A DNA stretch of 64,000 bases from Porphyridium purpureum (GCA_008690995.1 VRMN01000001.1:806001-870000), one strand, 5' to 3'; positions 1-9,463 are shown, numbered from the stretch's first letter. Program-made: numbers and translations. Notes: generated by a model not told the origin, from the sequence alone.

Positions 1-2940
1 GTCGGCATCAGCATAGCCCAAGACGCTTACGTCACCGACCTTCAATGACGTCATCCGCAAATACTCAAGTGGCTCACGAGGAACCTTCAAGTATTGCATG
101 ACGCGAACCAGGAGTCTCTCAGCTGCGACGTTCCAGCTATCCACATACCGAGCCACCACTCCAACTGCGTAGGAGATATCCGGTCTGACCGTCCTGGCCA
201 ACCACAGCAGCCTCCCAACATGCTCGCGTATTTTCAGATGCCCATGTTCGACTTGAACATCCAATACAGCGTCAGCATTCATCTTCTCGCCTGGTGACTT
301 CACTGCTCGCAGCACCTGCCCAAGCTCTTCTTCAAATTCCTTCACCACCAAGGTTTGGTAGTGATCATGATCCAACGAAAACCGTGTCGCCGACTCCGAG
401 ATCATGAGACCTAGGAACCTTAACGGGGCTCCTTCCGAGAGGACTTCTGGCTCCTTCTCAATGAGGAACTCTGACCTCAACTCTCGAAATATCTCACCCC
501 GATCCTTCTCGGCACACGCGAGCAGGCCATCGTCGACATACAAGGCCAAGAGTGCAACAGATGCACTTCCCGCCATCTTTTTCACGTATACGTTCTTCTC
601 GCCGTGAATCAAATCCCACCCGAACTTTTGAAGTCTTCTGCGGGCATCGATGGAAAAGTCAGACCCGCTTCTTGGTAAGCCATAAAGCGCCCTCCTTAAG
701 CGAACGACAAGTCCATCACCTCCTCCTGGAACGTGACGGGGCAACATGGCAAACGTCGGTGGTCCTGACAAGTCAGCGTGTAAGTACGCCGACGTCACAT
801 CGAACGACACGATTTTCAATCCCAGGATCGCGGCCAAAGCTATCAACATTCTGATTGCAGACAGGCCCGCGGGCACCTCATAGTCAAACACATCCTGAGT
901 GACCTTCCCTGAGGCATCCCAAATCCTATTTCCACCAGCAACAAGCCGACACTTGACCTTGCGAAACTCCTCCGGAAGCTCAGCGAACTTCAATCCGAAT
1001 ATAAAGTGTGTCCGCACAAATCGTGCGCCTGGGACCTTGAGAGCTTCTTCCCTTGAAATAGGTTGCTCATCCCATACCTTGAATCGAATCATCAAGTCCA
1101 CTTCTTTTTGCATGGCTTCTCTTCCAGCCGAAGAAGCCAGAGCTTGGCTCGTCTGCAACAAAGTTGTCAAGTTCAATTGCGGTGTTTCTGGAGCAACTCC
1201 TGCGCGTTGCTTCCAATTTTCCTCCGAGAGGCCCATATTATGGGCCCGGGCTCGCACATCCTTTCCGTTTCTTGAATTGCGGAACACTGCCTTGTATTCT
1301 TGCAGAGTTCTTTCCCACTTCCCCCAGCCAAAGAGCCGTAAGCCATCCATGATGGCCTGATCCTCTTCCCGGCTCCAAGCTACACTGGGTTTTCGTTTCC
1401 CCCTTCTTCCAATAGGTAGGGGAACGTCCTCCTCCAAGTTCCCGGACACACGCGCCTCGGCCGTATTCGTAGGCAACACCATAGTCTCTTGACTATCCGG
1501 TTCTTCCTGCCTAGAGTGAAAGTCGATTTCACCCTCACGTGCCGAGACCTCCTCGTCATCCTTTGTTTCCAAAGTCCGCATTGGAAACACTTCAGGGAAC
1601 GCCTTGAAGTCCTGAGTGCGAGTCAGCCTCGGTACCGCACTCGTCCACTCCTCCTGAGGAAGGACCCAGATTGCCAGCGGATGCTCCGCAACTCCAACAA
1701 GGACTCCAATCTTTCCTCTGGGTGCATACTTGTTCTCAGGTTGATCATTCTTGAACACCACCTTGCATCCAAATGGTACTGCTACCTTCCCCCGCTTCCA
1801 TCTCTCACCGTACCTCATTTCATACGGAGACTTCCCAGACCTCTTGTCTGGGTGCAGCCGATTGAACATGAAGACGAAATGCTGAGCGGCATGCAAAAAC
1901 CACCGCTTTCCCAGCCCAGACTGCAGGAGATTTGCTCGTACCCCCTGATTCAAAGTATGATGGAAACGTTCCTGTTCAGCGTGGCTATTTGGTCTATGTG
2001 GGACGCCAATCTCATGCTTCACGAGATTCTCCCGTACCAAATTGCTCACATTTCCCCTGAACTCGTTTCCATCATCTGTCCTCAGTACCTTTGGCCATCC
2101 TCGCCCGGCTTGCACGCTTGTCCAAGCTTCAGCAACCGCCGTATGCGTTTTGGCTCTCAATCCTGCCAGTGTGGCCCACCTCGTCGCTCTATCGATGTGC
2201 GTCAGTATGTACTTTGCTCCATCGGTGGCTTCCACGTTACGTCCGGGCTCCACCAGGTCGATCCCAACTTCGTCATTGAACGACAAAGTGGACAAGTCCT
2301 TCTCCAGCCTTCTTGCTGGTCGGCTCTTGATCTTGGCCACAACACACGTCTCACAATCATCCCGCATCGGCATGTGAGTCAACGCATGTTCCATCCCGGC
2401 CATCTTTCCTTCGACCTCTTCACTGGCACTCTCCTCTTCTCCATCGCACGCTTGATTTCCGCTTGACTCGGAAAGAGCGTCCACGACATTCACCATCGCA
2501 CAATCTTCCACATTTTTAAGTCCCAAGTCCATCGAACCCCTCTGCCAATCAATCCTCGGGTTCACGCGACTCAGCCAGTCCCACCCGAGAATTGCATCCA
2601 TTTGCAGAGGCCCGACATAAAACTTGACCGGCCCTTTCCAGAACCCAAGATCAACATGCTGCAACACCGGGCCATGCACTAAGACACTTTGCCCACCCGC
2701 AAGCTTGACCATTCCGTTCTCGCGCCCTTCAAATCTGCCGACAAAGCGAGATCCAAGAAAATTGTGCGATGCTCCGCTGTCCACCAGAAATTGGACAGAC
2801 TCGCCATCTAAAGTTCCACGCTTGTAGAGCAACCTCGACGCCGCATCAGCGCGCCAGACCTCACCTACAAAGCCCATCCCGGGAGGTTCCGTTCCCCTCG
2901 AGTGCACCTCCCAACTTCTCCCTCGAGGTTTTAGTTTTCC
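1..2940 (-). CDS. pol: Retrotransposon pol polyprotein (protease, integrase, Myb-like domain, RT, start of RNase H), partial; -1 frame relative to gag
   Basis: Manual translation, with all motifs in one frame: PR FLVDSGASHNF...DAILGWDWL; IN EHALTHMPMRDDCETC, GIDLV, LRTDDGNEF, AEQERFHHTL, PFGC; RT EAMQKEVDLM, KCRLVAGGN, FDVTSAYL, LKEALYGL, LYVDDGL (YVDD at 540-529); RNase H GYADAD at 18-1. The track lists no minus-strand ORF here, consistent with a frame that runs off the window. Confidence 0.92.
2879..2940 (-). promoter_or_regulatory. Putative -1 programmed ribosomal frameshift signal: G GAA AAC slippery site plus downstream pseudoknot
   Basis: mRNA reads GGAAAAC-UAAAA-CCUCGAG-GGAGAAGUU-GGGAGGU-GCA-CUCGAGG-GGAACGGA-ACCUCCC. 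Two interleaved 7-bp stems; pol is in the -1 frame. Confidence 0.8.
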
Positions 2941-3887
2941 GGGCCTCCCGCCAAGTGCCCATTCCGCTTTGGGCAATTGGGTTTGATGTGGCCGCGCTGC
3001 CCGCAATGGTAGCATCTGACTTTGCCCACGTCCGCATGCTTGCGCTTCTCCGGCTGGCGTTTCTCCACGACGCCCAAATCCATTGGCGCCGTCCCGGCAT
3101 ACGACGAGCTGTTCCGGTAGTTTGGACTAGAGGCGCCATGAAAAGCCTCCCTCATGTCTCCTCCAAACCTACCAACCTGCTCCGCAGCCAACGCCGCCCT
3201 CAGCGACTCTTCCAGCGTCTTCGTGTCCTGACGCGCCACCTCAAGGCGAAGCTTCTCCTTCAGGCCGAGAGTGAAGATGGTGTTGAGCTCGGCATCCGTC
3301 ACACTATCCACTGACAGGGCCACCATCCTCAGGCGCTGCTCAAACTCAGCAACAGTCATCTTGCCCTGCTTCAGCTGATACAAGTTCGTTCGAGCAGTCA
3401 GGTATGCCTGCGGCGGCTCAAATGCCGTCCGCACGAAGTTCGCGAACGCATTCCAACCGGACTCGGCCAGTGCCATCCTCTGTTCCTCAGGGCGAGCTGC
3501 CCACAACAGCGCGGCATCCTTCTCAAAGAAGCGCGACGCTACGATCACCTTCTGAGACTCCAGCGCTCCAGCTGGCATGCACATGTCCAAGTCTTGCTTC
3601 ATCCTCGACAACCACTCGTTCACAACGAGTTTGTCGCGCTGTCCGTCGTATTTCCTCAAGCTGCGTCCAATCAGCGATGCAACGGTCCTTTCCGTTTCGC
3701 CGGGACCAGCTGACACAGATGCCTGATGCATCACATTCTGCAGCATCTCCTGCAAGAGGCGATTTCCCTCCTGCAGCTGCACAATCATCATTTCTTGTCC
3801 TCCGATACGAGCATGAAGCTGATTGAAAGCTTCAATCCACGACGCGCCGCCCTGCAGGCCCTGCACGTCCATTCCCTCAGAATCCAT
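2931..3887 (-). CDS. gag: Retrotransposon gag (Ty3/gypsy-type capsid with CCHC zinc knuckle)
   Basis: WNAFANFVRTAFEPP...ARTNLYQLKQGKMTVAEFEQR capsid pattern, GTAPMDLG motif, and CYHCGQRGHIKPNC knuckle. Confidence 0.92.
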   Translation of the reverse strand: MDSEGMDVQGLQGGASWIEAFNQLHARIGGQEMMIVQLQEGNRLLQEMLQNVMHQASVSAGPGETERTVASLIGRSLRKYDGQRDKLVVNEWLSRMKQDLDMCMPAGALESQKVIVASRFFEKDAALLWAARPEEQRMALAESGWNAFANFVRTAFEPPQAYLTARTNLYQLKQGKMTVAEFEQRLRMVALSVDSVTDAELNTIFTLGLKEKLRLEVARQDTKTLEESLRAALAAEQVGRFGGDMREAFHGASSPNYRNSSSYAGTAPMDLGVVEKRQPEKRKHADVGKVRCYHCGQRGHIKPNCPKRNGHLAGGPEN

Positions 3888-3901
3888 CTTCGCCGATGCG
3901 A

Positions 3902-3909
3902 TGATACCA
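3902..3909 (-). promoter_or_regulatory. Putative primer binding site (initiator tRNA-Met type)
   Basis: TGGTATCA matches the first 8 nt of the plant-type iMet PBS TGGTATCAGAGC. It lies just upstream of the gag ATG (3887). Confidence 0.6.
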
Positions 3910-4705
3910 CTTTAAATTCTCGCACGCTTGATGATGACAAGCGCACGAGCTCGGATGACACAACCCTTCTCAGATGACCGAACCCCAGCAACACGACGCA
4001 CACGGCACAGAGAACACAACCACACGACGCACACAACACAGACGACGAATACCCGGGGCGTGGAAAATCCAACGTATAGGGCCTCTACTATTGCCTTTCG
4101 CGTCGGCACAGACAGCACCGGTCTCGACAGGGGCAGGGTGTCGTAACGGACAAAGCCGCCGTCTGCCTTCAGTGCTCCAAGAGCACCGAAACCCCCCAGA
4201 CACGATGTGCTGCTGGCTCTGCTACACAGGCTCAGCAAAAGGCCCCACGTCTTCCGACGACCACGCCCAGGCACCCGACACCAAAGAACAACTCTTCCTT
4301 TATTCTCTGTGTCGTACTCCCTTGCCTCTTCTTCTTCCGCTCTAAAGAAAATCCGGGGAACCGCACAGGCCCGCGCCCATTATATACCCCGCCGTCCTTG
4401 CTGTCCTTGACGCGGAAGGGAGAAATTATTTCTCCCAAAAGGCTGGGCTTTCCTCCGTTCGTTCCACGGAACGAAGCCACAGCCAGCCACGTCAGCAAGC
4501 GGCTCAATGGGTGCCGGCCGGCCGCCAAGCGGCTCCTGCTTCCCTCGGACACGCGACTCCGGCTCCTCGGGGCGAAAGACAACAATGCACAAAACCAGAG
4601 GTACAGGGTAAAAAACCACGCGGGCGAAAAAGCCCCTGTACCTCAAAGAATTCCGAGACGCCGTACCTCTAGGTGTACACCCAGGGCGTCTCTCGGACCG
4701 GAACA
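3910..4705 (-). repeat. Putative 5' LTR (~0.8 kb)
   Basis: Lies between the PBS-like site and a TGTT at 4705, and contains TATATAA at 4385-4379 (minus). The second LTR copy is not in the window, so boundaries are unverified. No canonical CA is seen next to the PBS. Confidence 0.5.
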
Positions 4706-4772
4706 CTTTTAATCCATGCGGAAACCGAATTTGGCAAAAGGGTATCGGAATCTGATGGACGTGCGTGGTGGA

Positions 4773-4808
4773 AGAGAGAGAGGGAGAAAAAGAGAGAGAG
4801 AGAGAGAG
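4773..4808 (+). repeat. (GA)n microsatellite upstream of the 4862 gene
   Basis: Interrupted AG run; (AG)9 at 4791-4808. Confidence 0.85.
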
Positions 4809-4861
4809 GGGGACGATCGCATGCGTGTGAGGTCAAGGTGGATGGATAGCGCAGTGGGAGC

Positions 4862-6358
4862 ATGAAGTCGTATACAAAGACGCTGCTGGAGCATTGCAGG
4901 AAGTACCTGACGCCGGTTGTGCTGGTGGTGGTGTTTGTGCTGTACCGGTTGTACGGCGCGCATCAGCAGGTGCGCCACGACGCGCGATGTTATGAGGAGT
5001 GGCACACGCGCTTCACGTTGGACGAGCTGCGCGAGTTTGAGACGCTCGAATGGACCGCGGAGCCGCTCCCTTCAGGGCTTGGTGGAAAGGGAAAGATGAA
5101 GGCGCAGCACGATGGAGGCGACGGCGTTCAGCCCGTTCGGAACCCGTTTGCGACATTGGCCGTGTGTGGCTTCCTCATGGTGGATAAGGCGTACGATCCG
5201 CAGGTGCTCTCGCAGATCAACGCGACCGTGCGGCCCTTGGTCGATGATCCGACCCGCTTTGAGCCGCTCAAAAACACCGCCGGGCTCCGCGGCAAGCGGG
5301 TCGAGTTCAGCGTGCCTCATGAAGCGCCGTTCCTGCAAGCCATTCCGCCACAGCCCGTGATGGACTTTGTGCGCGATTTCGTGTCTGTGTTGGGTGACGG
5401 CCGCGCACTTCGCCAGAAGGAAACCACCGATCCGGAGATGTTTGCCGCTAAATACGACGCTGGTCGCTTTCCGGCGCTCGAGCAATTGACGGTGATTCTG
5501 GCAGAGGCACGCGAGGACACGGATCAGGGCTTACACCCGGATGCTAGCTTCAGATACGGCATGAAAATCCACGTGCCTCTGGTGGACGTGACCGAAGAAA
5601 TGGGACCCGTGCGCATCTACCCGCAATGTCTTGATGACGCGGACGGCGTATTCAATCGCCTCTACGATTGGTACTCATCGCTTTTGAATGTGAGGCCCTC
5701 AGTGCTGGGTACTGTGCCAGTTGGCACAGCGGTCATTTACCAACAGTTTCTTCTTCATCAGGGAACGGGGAACAAGAGCCCGCTGGACCGACCCATTTTG
5801 GATTTCAGCCTGCTCCCCGCACATTACATCAGGGAGCACAACTACACCAAGGAGTTTCCGCAGGATATTTTGCCGCACCTGAAGAAATATCGCCAGGATT
5901 GGCACGCGCGTTTAGTGAATGGCCTGGCTGACCCCAGTGGCCGCCACAAGAAGTTGTTTGAGAGCCTGGTCTCTCGCGACTACTCAATTCGCCCAGAGGA
6001 TCAAAAGCCTCATGCCTGGATTGACGCAGGAAAGCGCAAGAGTTTTTGTGGCCAGAACGTAGACTTGGTGTCGTGCCTCAATCAAACGATCTTAACGCCA
6101 AAGATCATTGCCCTAATCTGCGGTTTCCTATTGATCACAGCAGTTCGTTCGGCGCAGCGCGACTGGGAAGAGGCGTTCACGAAGGAGAAGCGCGCAGCCG
6201 CCGCGGCTGCAACGGCGCCTGCGTTGACCAAGAAGAAAACCAAAGTGAAGAAGACAGCCACGAATGACTCGGTAAAAGGTGTCGTGGCGGGCAAAGGCGG
6301 AGGGCCGCTGGAGGCGGTGGATGATACAGTTTCGGAAGATCAGAAAAAGGCACAGTAA
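4862..6358 (+). CDS. PhyH-like 2OG-Fe(II) dioxygenase with N- and C-terminal hydrophobic segments
   Basis: QGLHPDA (HxD), IHVPLVDVTEEMGP, and HQGTGNKSPLDRPIL (H-x-G-xx-N-x-S-xxx-R) are PhyH-family hallmarks. Confidence 0.75.
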   Translation: MKSYTKTLLEHCRKYLTPVVLVVVFVLYRLYGAHQQVRHDARCYEEWHTRFTLDELREFETLEWTAEPLPSGLGGKGKMKAQHDGGDGVQPVRNPFATLAVCGFLMVDKAYDPQVLSQINATVRPLVDDPTRFEPLKNTAGLRGKRVEFSVPHEAPFLQAIPPQPVMDFVRDFVSVLGDGRALRQKETTDPEMFAAKYDAGRFPALEQLTVILAEAREDTDQGLHPDASFRYGMKIHVPLVDVTEEMGPVRIYPQCLDDADGVFNRLYDWYSSLLNVRPSVLGTVPVGTAVIYQQFLLHQGTGNKSPLDRPILDFSLLPAHYIREHNYTKEFPQDILPHLKKYRQDWHARLVNGLADPSGRHKKLFESLVSRDYSIRPEDQKPHAWIDAGKRKSFCGQNVDLVSCLNQTILTPKIIALICGFLLITAVRSAQRDWEEAFTKEKRAAAAAATAPALTKKKTKVKKTATNDSVKGVVAGKGGGPLEAVDDTVSEDQKKAQ

Positions 6359-6505
6359 GAATGCTTCGATTCCTGGCGTGCGCCAGTGAACAAGCGTGCT
6401 GGACAGGGGCATGTAAAACATGATTTTATCGAGCTTTCACCACGACGTCCGCAGGGCATCGCCATCCTCCTGTCTCTTTGAGCAAGATTCGATGAAACGC
6501 GTCAG

Positions 6506-9334
6506 CTACAACTGCTTGATACCTTTCCCAAGGACAGCCGTGTTTCCCGGATAGGTCAAAGTGATCTGCAAGTCTCCAAGCGTTCGCGTCGCAAAGCCTG
6601 CCTCACAATAACGGAAATAATACTCCCACTTGCGGATAAAATCGTCGTCAAAGCGACCGCCCTCGAGCGCCTTGATGTGGTCTTTGTTCTTCATGAATCG
6701 AGCACACCACTCGTCCAGCGTGCGCGCGTAGTGAATACCGATGTTTTCAACGTGCTCAACCGTGAGCTCTGGCGCGCTACGATTTAGCGCCTCCACCATG
6801 GCCGCAAAGCTTGGACAGCAGCAACCGGGGAATATGTGCTTAGAAATGAAGTCTGCGCTGGTCCGGTAAGCATCGTACCGCACCTCCGGTGTCGTAATAA
6901 CTTGAATCACCGCCACACCAACGCGCGGCTTGAGCAAGCGCTGCACGTTTCCGAAAAACTCACCCAAAAATTCGTGGCCCACGGCCTCAAGCATTTCCAC
7001 CGACACGATTCGGTCAAACGTCTCACCATGCAGTAGGCGATAATCGCACAAGCGCAAGTCAATCAAATGGCTTAGTCCTGCCACTTCGATCCTCTTGTTG
7101 GCCAACTCGAGCTGTTCCACAGAGAGTGTGACGCCTGTCACGCGGCAGCGAAACCGCTCTGCGGCACGAATCGCCAGCGTGCCCCAGCCGCAGCCAATCT
7201 CCAGCAAGTGCATCTCAGAATTTAGACAAAGTTTGTCAAGAATCATGTCCACCTTGCGGTACTGCGCTACATCTAGCTCATCGCTCGTGAGACCAGTACT
7301 GTCTGCTTCAAACAGGGCGCAGGAGTACGTCCATGAGTCTCCCAGAAACATTGAGAATAGGTCATTCGACAAGTCATAGTGAGCAGCAATATTCTTGCGG
7401 GAACCAGACACGGTGTTTCGTTTCCACAAGAGGTGAACCAAGCTGTTGACAAGGGATCCAACCACTGATAGAAACGGGCTCTTCGCGGTACCAGCGCTTG
7501 CGTGCTGATCACGATTGGAAATAAGCAACTCAAAGAGATGCGTCAATTGCCGAGAACCTCCCACAACCTCGAAATCGCCGTAGATATACGCCTCTGCGAG
7601 GCCGATATCTGCAGAAGTCAAAATTCGAACGTAGAAGTCCAGTGGTCGCACGATTCGTAAAATGACGTGCCGTGCGGCGTCTGGATCCTCGCTTTCGAGT
7701 TGAGCGAGCGGCTGGCCACATGAAAAGCTGCAGTCCTCTTCAACAATCGTGAGCCGTCCCACAAAAATGAAAGAGCGCATAAAGGAGCGCACTGAGGATC
7801 GGCAGAAGCGCAACAGAGAAGACCCGCTGGACATTCTATCACGAACATCAGCGCTTGCGTCACATACAAGCTTTCTCACCACTTTGTCTTGCTCTCGATT
7901 ATACTCATAGCCAGTGTCCCACGGAACGGACACACCACAAATTTGCTGTGCCACTGAGAGTCCAGAAATTAGCCCGTCCTCATGGAAGCCGTATCGCGTG
8001 TAAGCGCCACAGTAGTAGACGCCATGCTCGCCCTGAGCGTCAAGCAAAGCTTTCTGTGCGCGAACCGCCGCTACAGTGTACTGCGGGTGGTCGTACTCGA
8101 GCTCCATGAGAACTTTGCTTGCATCAATGGGCCGGATAGGGTTTAGCGTCTCCAGCACATTCATCGTATCAGCGGGAAGATTCTGCAGTCGGTTATTCCA
8201 GTAGGTTACACATATATTGGACTCCAGATTCCCCTCATGAAGGACATTCCAGGACGACCACGCGTGACGCTTCACGGGCAGGAACGATTGATCGGTGTGG
8301 ATCACAATTTTGTTTCTCGAGACCTGGAACGCGGCTAGTGCCCCTCTGGCGCGCGTGAATTCCTTGTGCGTCGCTAGGAGTGAGAGCGCAGTCGGCGCGT
8401 GCGTGGCAACGACAACCCGGTCAAATGTCAGCTCTCTCGTGCCGGCAGGAGGTAGACCATTCGAGTCCAAAGCGTTAGATGCCGCAAGCTTCACGCAAAT
8501 GGAGGTATCGCCAGCACCAGAAGGGGCAATACCCACCACTCGAGTCGAGAGAAGAATTTCTGCTTGGGCCTTGTCAAGCTCCTGACCGACCCGGTCTACG
8601 TAAGCACGTGAGCGGTTCGTGACAGTTCGCCACTGTGGCCTGCCAAAGATTTGCGCAAAGCGATGGTTGTGGAAAAACCGGAACAGCGTGACAACGGGAA
8701 AGTCTGCCGCTATGCTGTATGAGCACGACCACACGGCAGCAATGGTTGGTAGCAAATACCACTCGATAAAGGGCTTTGAGTATCTACCACGCACGAGAAA
8801 TTCACGGAGCGTCGGCACCTCGTCCATGCTGAGCCGACCGGTGTCAAACAAACGAAGCACGCGCACGACCTGTCGATTGAATCGAAGCATATCGAACAGC
8901 ATGAGATAAAATGACGGACGGAACAGATTCTTCCACTGCACCAAAAGGCCTTGGAGTCCTCTCGAGCTCCATTCCATTATCCTGCGGTCAGCCAGGTCAC
9001 CGCTGCGCACCGACACCGACAATGACATTTCTGACGCTTCTGTCTCGACGCCTAGGCGCGCAAACCACTGCACCAGATTGGGATACGTCAGTTCATTATA
9101 TACAATGAATCCTGTATCAACAGGCACCGCCGCACCCCCAGGCAACCCGACTTGCATGCTCTGTGTATTAGCGTGCCCGCCAAGCCTTGCGGCCCGCTCG
9201 ATCAAAGTCACTTGCGCTCCTCCATGCACTTGCAGGTGCCACGCCGCGGCCAAACCGGAAACCCCGCTCCCGATCACCGCCACGCGCAGCTTTCTTCCCA
9301 CCACGGGCCCGGCGGCTGCCTGATCCGTGCCCAT
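6506..9334 (-). CDS. Fusion of an FAD-dependent oxidoreductase (amine oxidase-like) and a cyclopropane-fatty-acyl-phospholipid synthase-like SAM methyltransferase
   Basis: N-terminal VAVIGSGVSGLAAAW, RLGGHA, VDTGFIVYN, GFHEDGL. C-terminal NIAAHYDLSNDLF, LLEIGCGWG, SVEMLEAVG, WEYYFRYCEAGF. Confidence 0.92.
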   Translation of the reverse strand: MGTDQAAAGPVVGRKLRVAVIGSGVSGLAAAWHLQVHGGAQVTLIERAARLGGHANTQSMQVGLPGGAAVPVDTGFIVYNELTYPNLVQWFARLGVETEASEMSLSVSVRSGDLADRRIMEWSSRGLQGLLVQWKNLFRPSFYLMLFDMLRFNRQVVRVLRLFDTGRLSMDEVPTLREFLVRGRYSKPFIEWYLLPTIAAVWSCSYSIAADFPVVTLFRFFHNHRFAQIFGRPQWRTVTNRSRAYVDRVGQELDKAQAEILLSTRVVGIAPSGAGDTSICVKLAASNALDSNGLPPAGTRELTFDRVVVATHAPTALSLLATHKEFTRARGALAAFQVSRNKIVIHTDQSFLPVKRHAWSSWNVLHEGNLESNICVTYWNNRLQNLPADTMNVLETLNPIRPIDASKVLMELEYDHPQYTVAAVRAQKALLDAQGEHGVYYCGAYTRYGFHEDGLISGLSVAQQICGVSVPWDTGYEYNREQDKVVRKLVCDASADVRDRMSSGSSLLRFCRSSVRSFMRSFIFVGRLTIVEEDCSFSCGQPLAQLESEDPDAARHVILRIVRPLDFYVRILTSADIGLAEAYIYGDFEVVGGSRQLTHLFELLISNRDQHASAGTAKSPFLSVVGSLVNSLVHLLWKRNTVSGSRKNIAAHYDLSNDLFSMFLGDSWTYSCALFEADSTGLTSDELDVAQYRKVDMILDKLCLNSEMHLLEIGCGWGTLAIRAAERFRCRVTGVTLSVEQLELANKRIEVAGLSHLIDLRLCDYRLLHGETFDRIVSVEMLEAVGHEFLGEFFGNVQRLLKPRVGVAVIQVITTPEVRYDAYRTSADFISKHIFPGCCCPSFAAMVEALNRSAPELTVEHVENIGIHYARTLDEWCARFMKNKDHIKALEGGRFDDDFIRKWEYYFRYCEAGFATRTLGDLQITLTYPGNTAVLGKGIKQL

Positions 9335-9463
9335 TTTGTCAGGTTCGCTCGTCCCCGCTCCCGATCCCCGTGTCCACCACCTAGACCGTTACCGGACACG
9401 TCCCAACAATTCCTGGTTCGCGTGCAAGAAGAGGGTCGGCTGCTGCTCGGCTGGCTTAACAGC

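Larger units (their letters stand above)
1..4705 (-). mobile_element. LTR retrotransposon, 5' part (putative LTR-PBS-gag-pol); 3' end lies beyond the window start
   Basis: gag ORF with CCHC knuckle, then an open pol frame in the order PR-IN-RT-RNase H. TGGTATCA PBS-like site upstream of gag. TGTT start at 4705 on the minus strand. Confidence 0.93.

Noticed and set aside
1489..2466. 325-aa plus-strand ORF, and other plus ORFs in 94-3826
   Set aside because: Antisense shadows of retrotransposon gag/pol, with no recognisable motifs.
2861..3139. +1-frame ORF across the gag end as a route into pol
   Set aside because: Stops at 2861, before the protease; only the -1 frame is continuous with pol.
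9152..9463. N-terminal extension of the 308-aa ORF
   Set aside because: Overlaps the divergent fusion gene and starts at a non-ATG codon.
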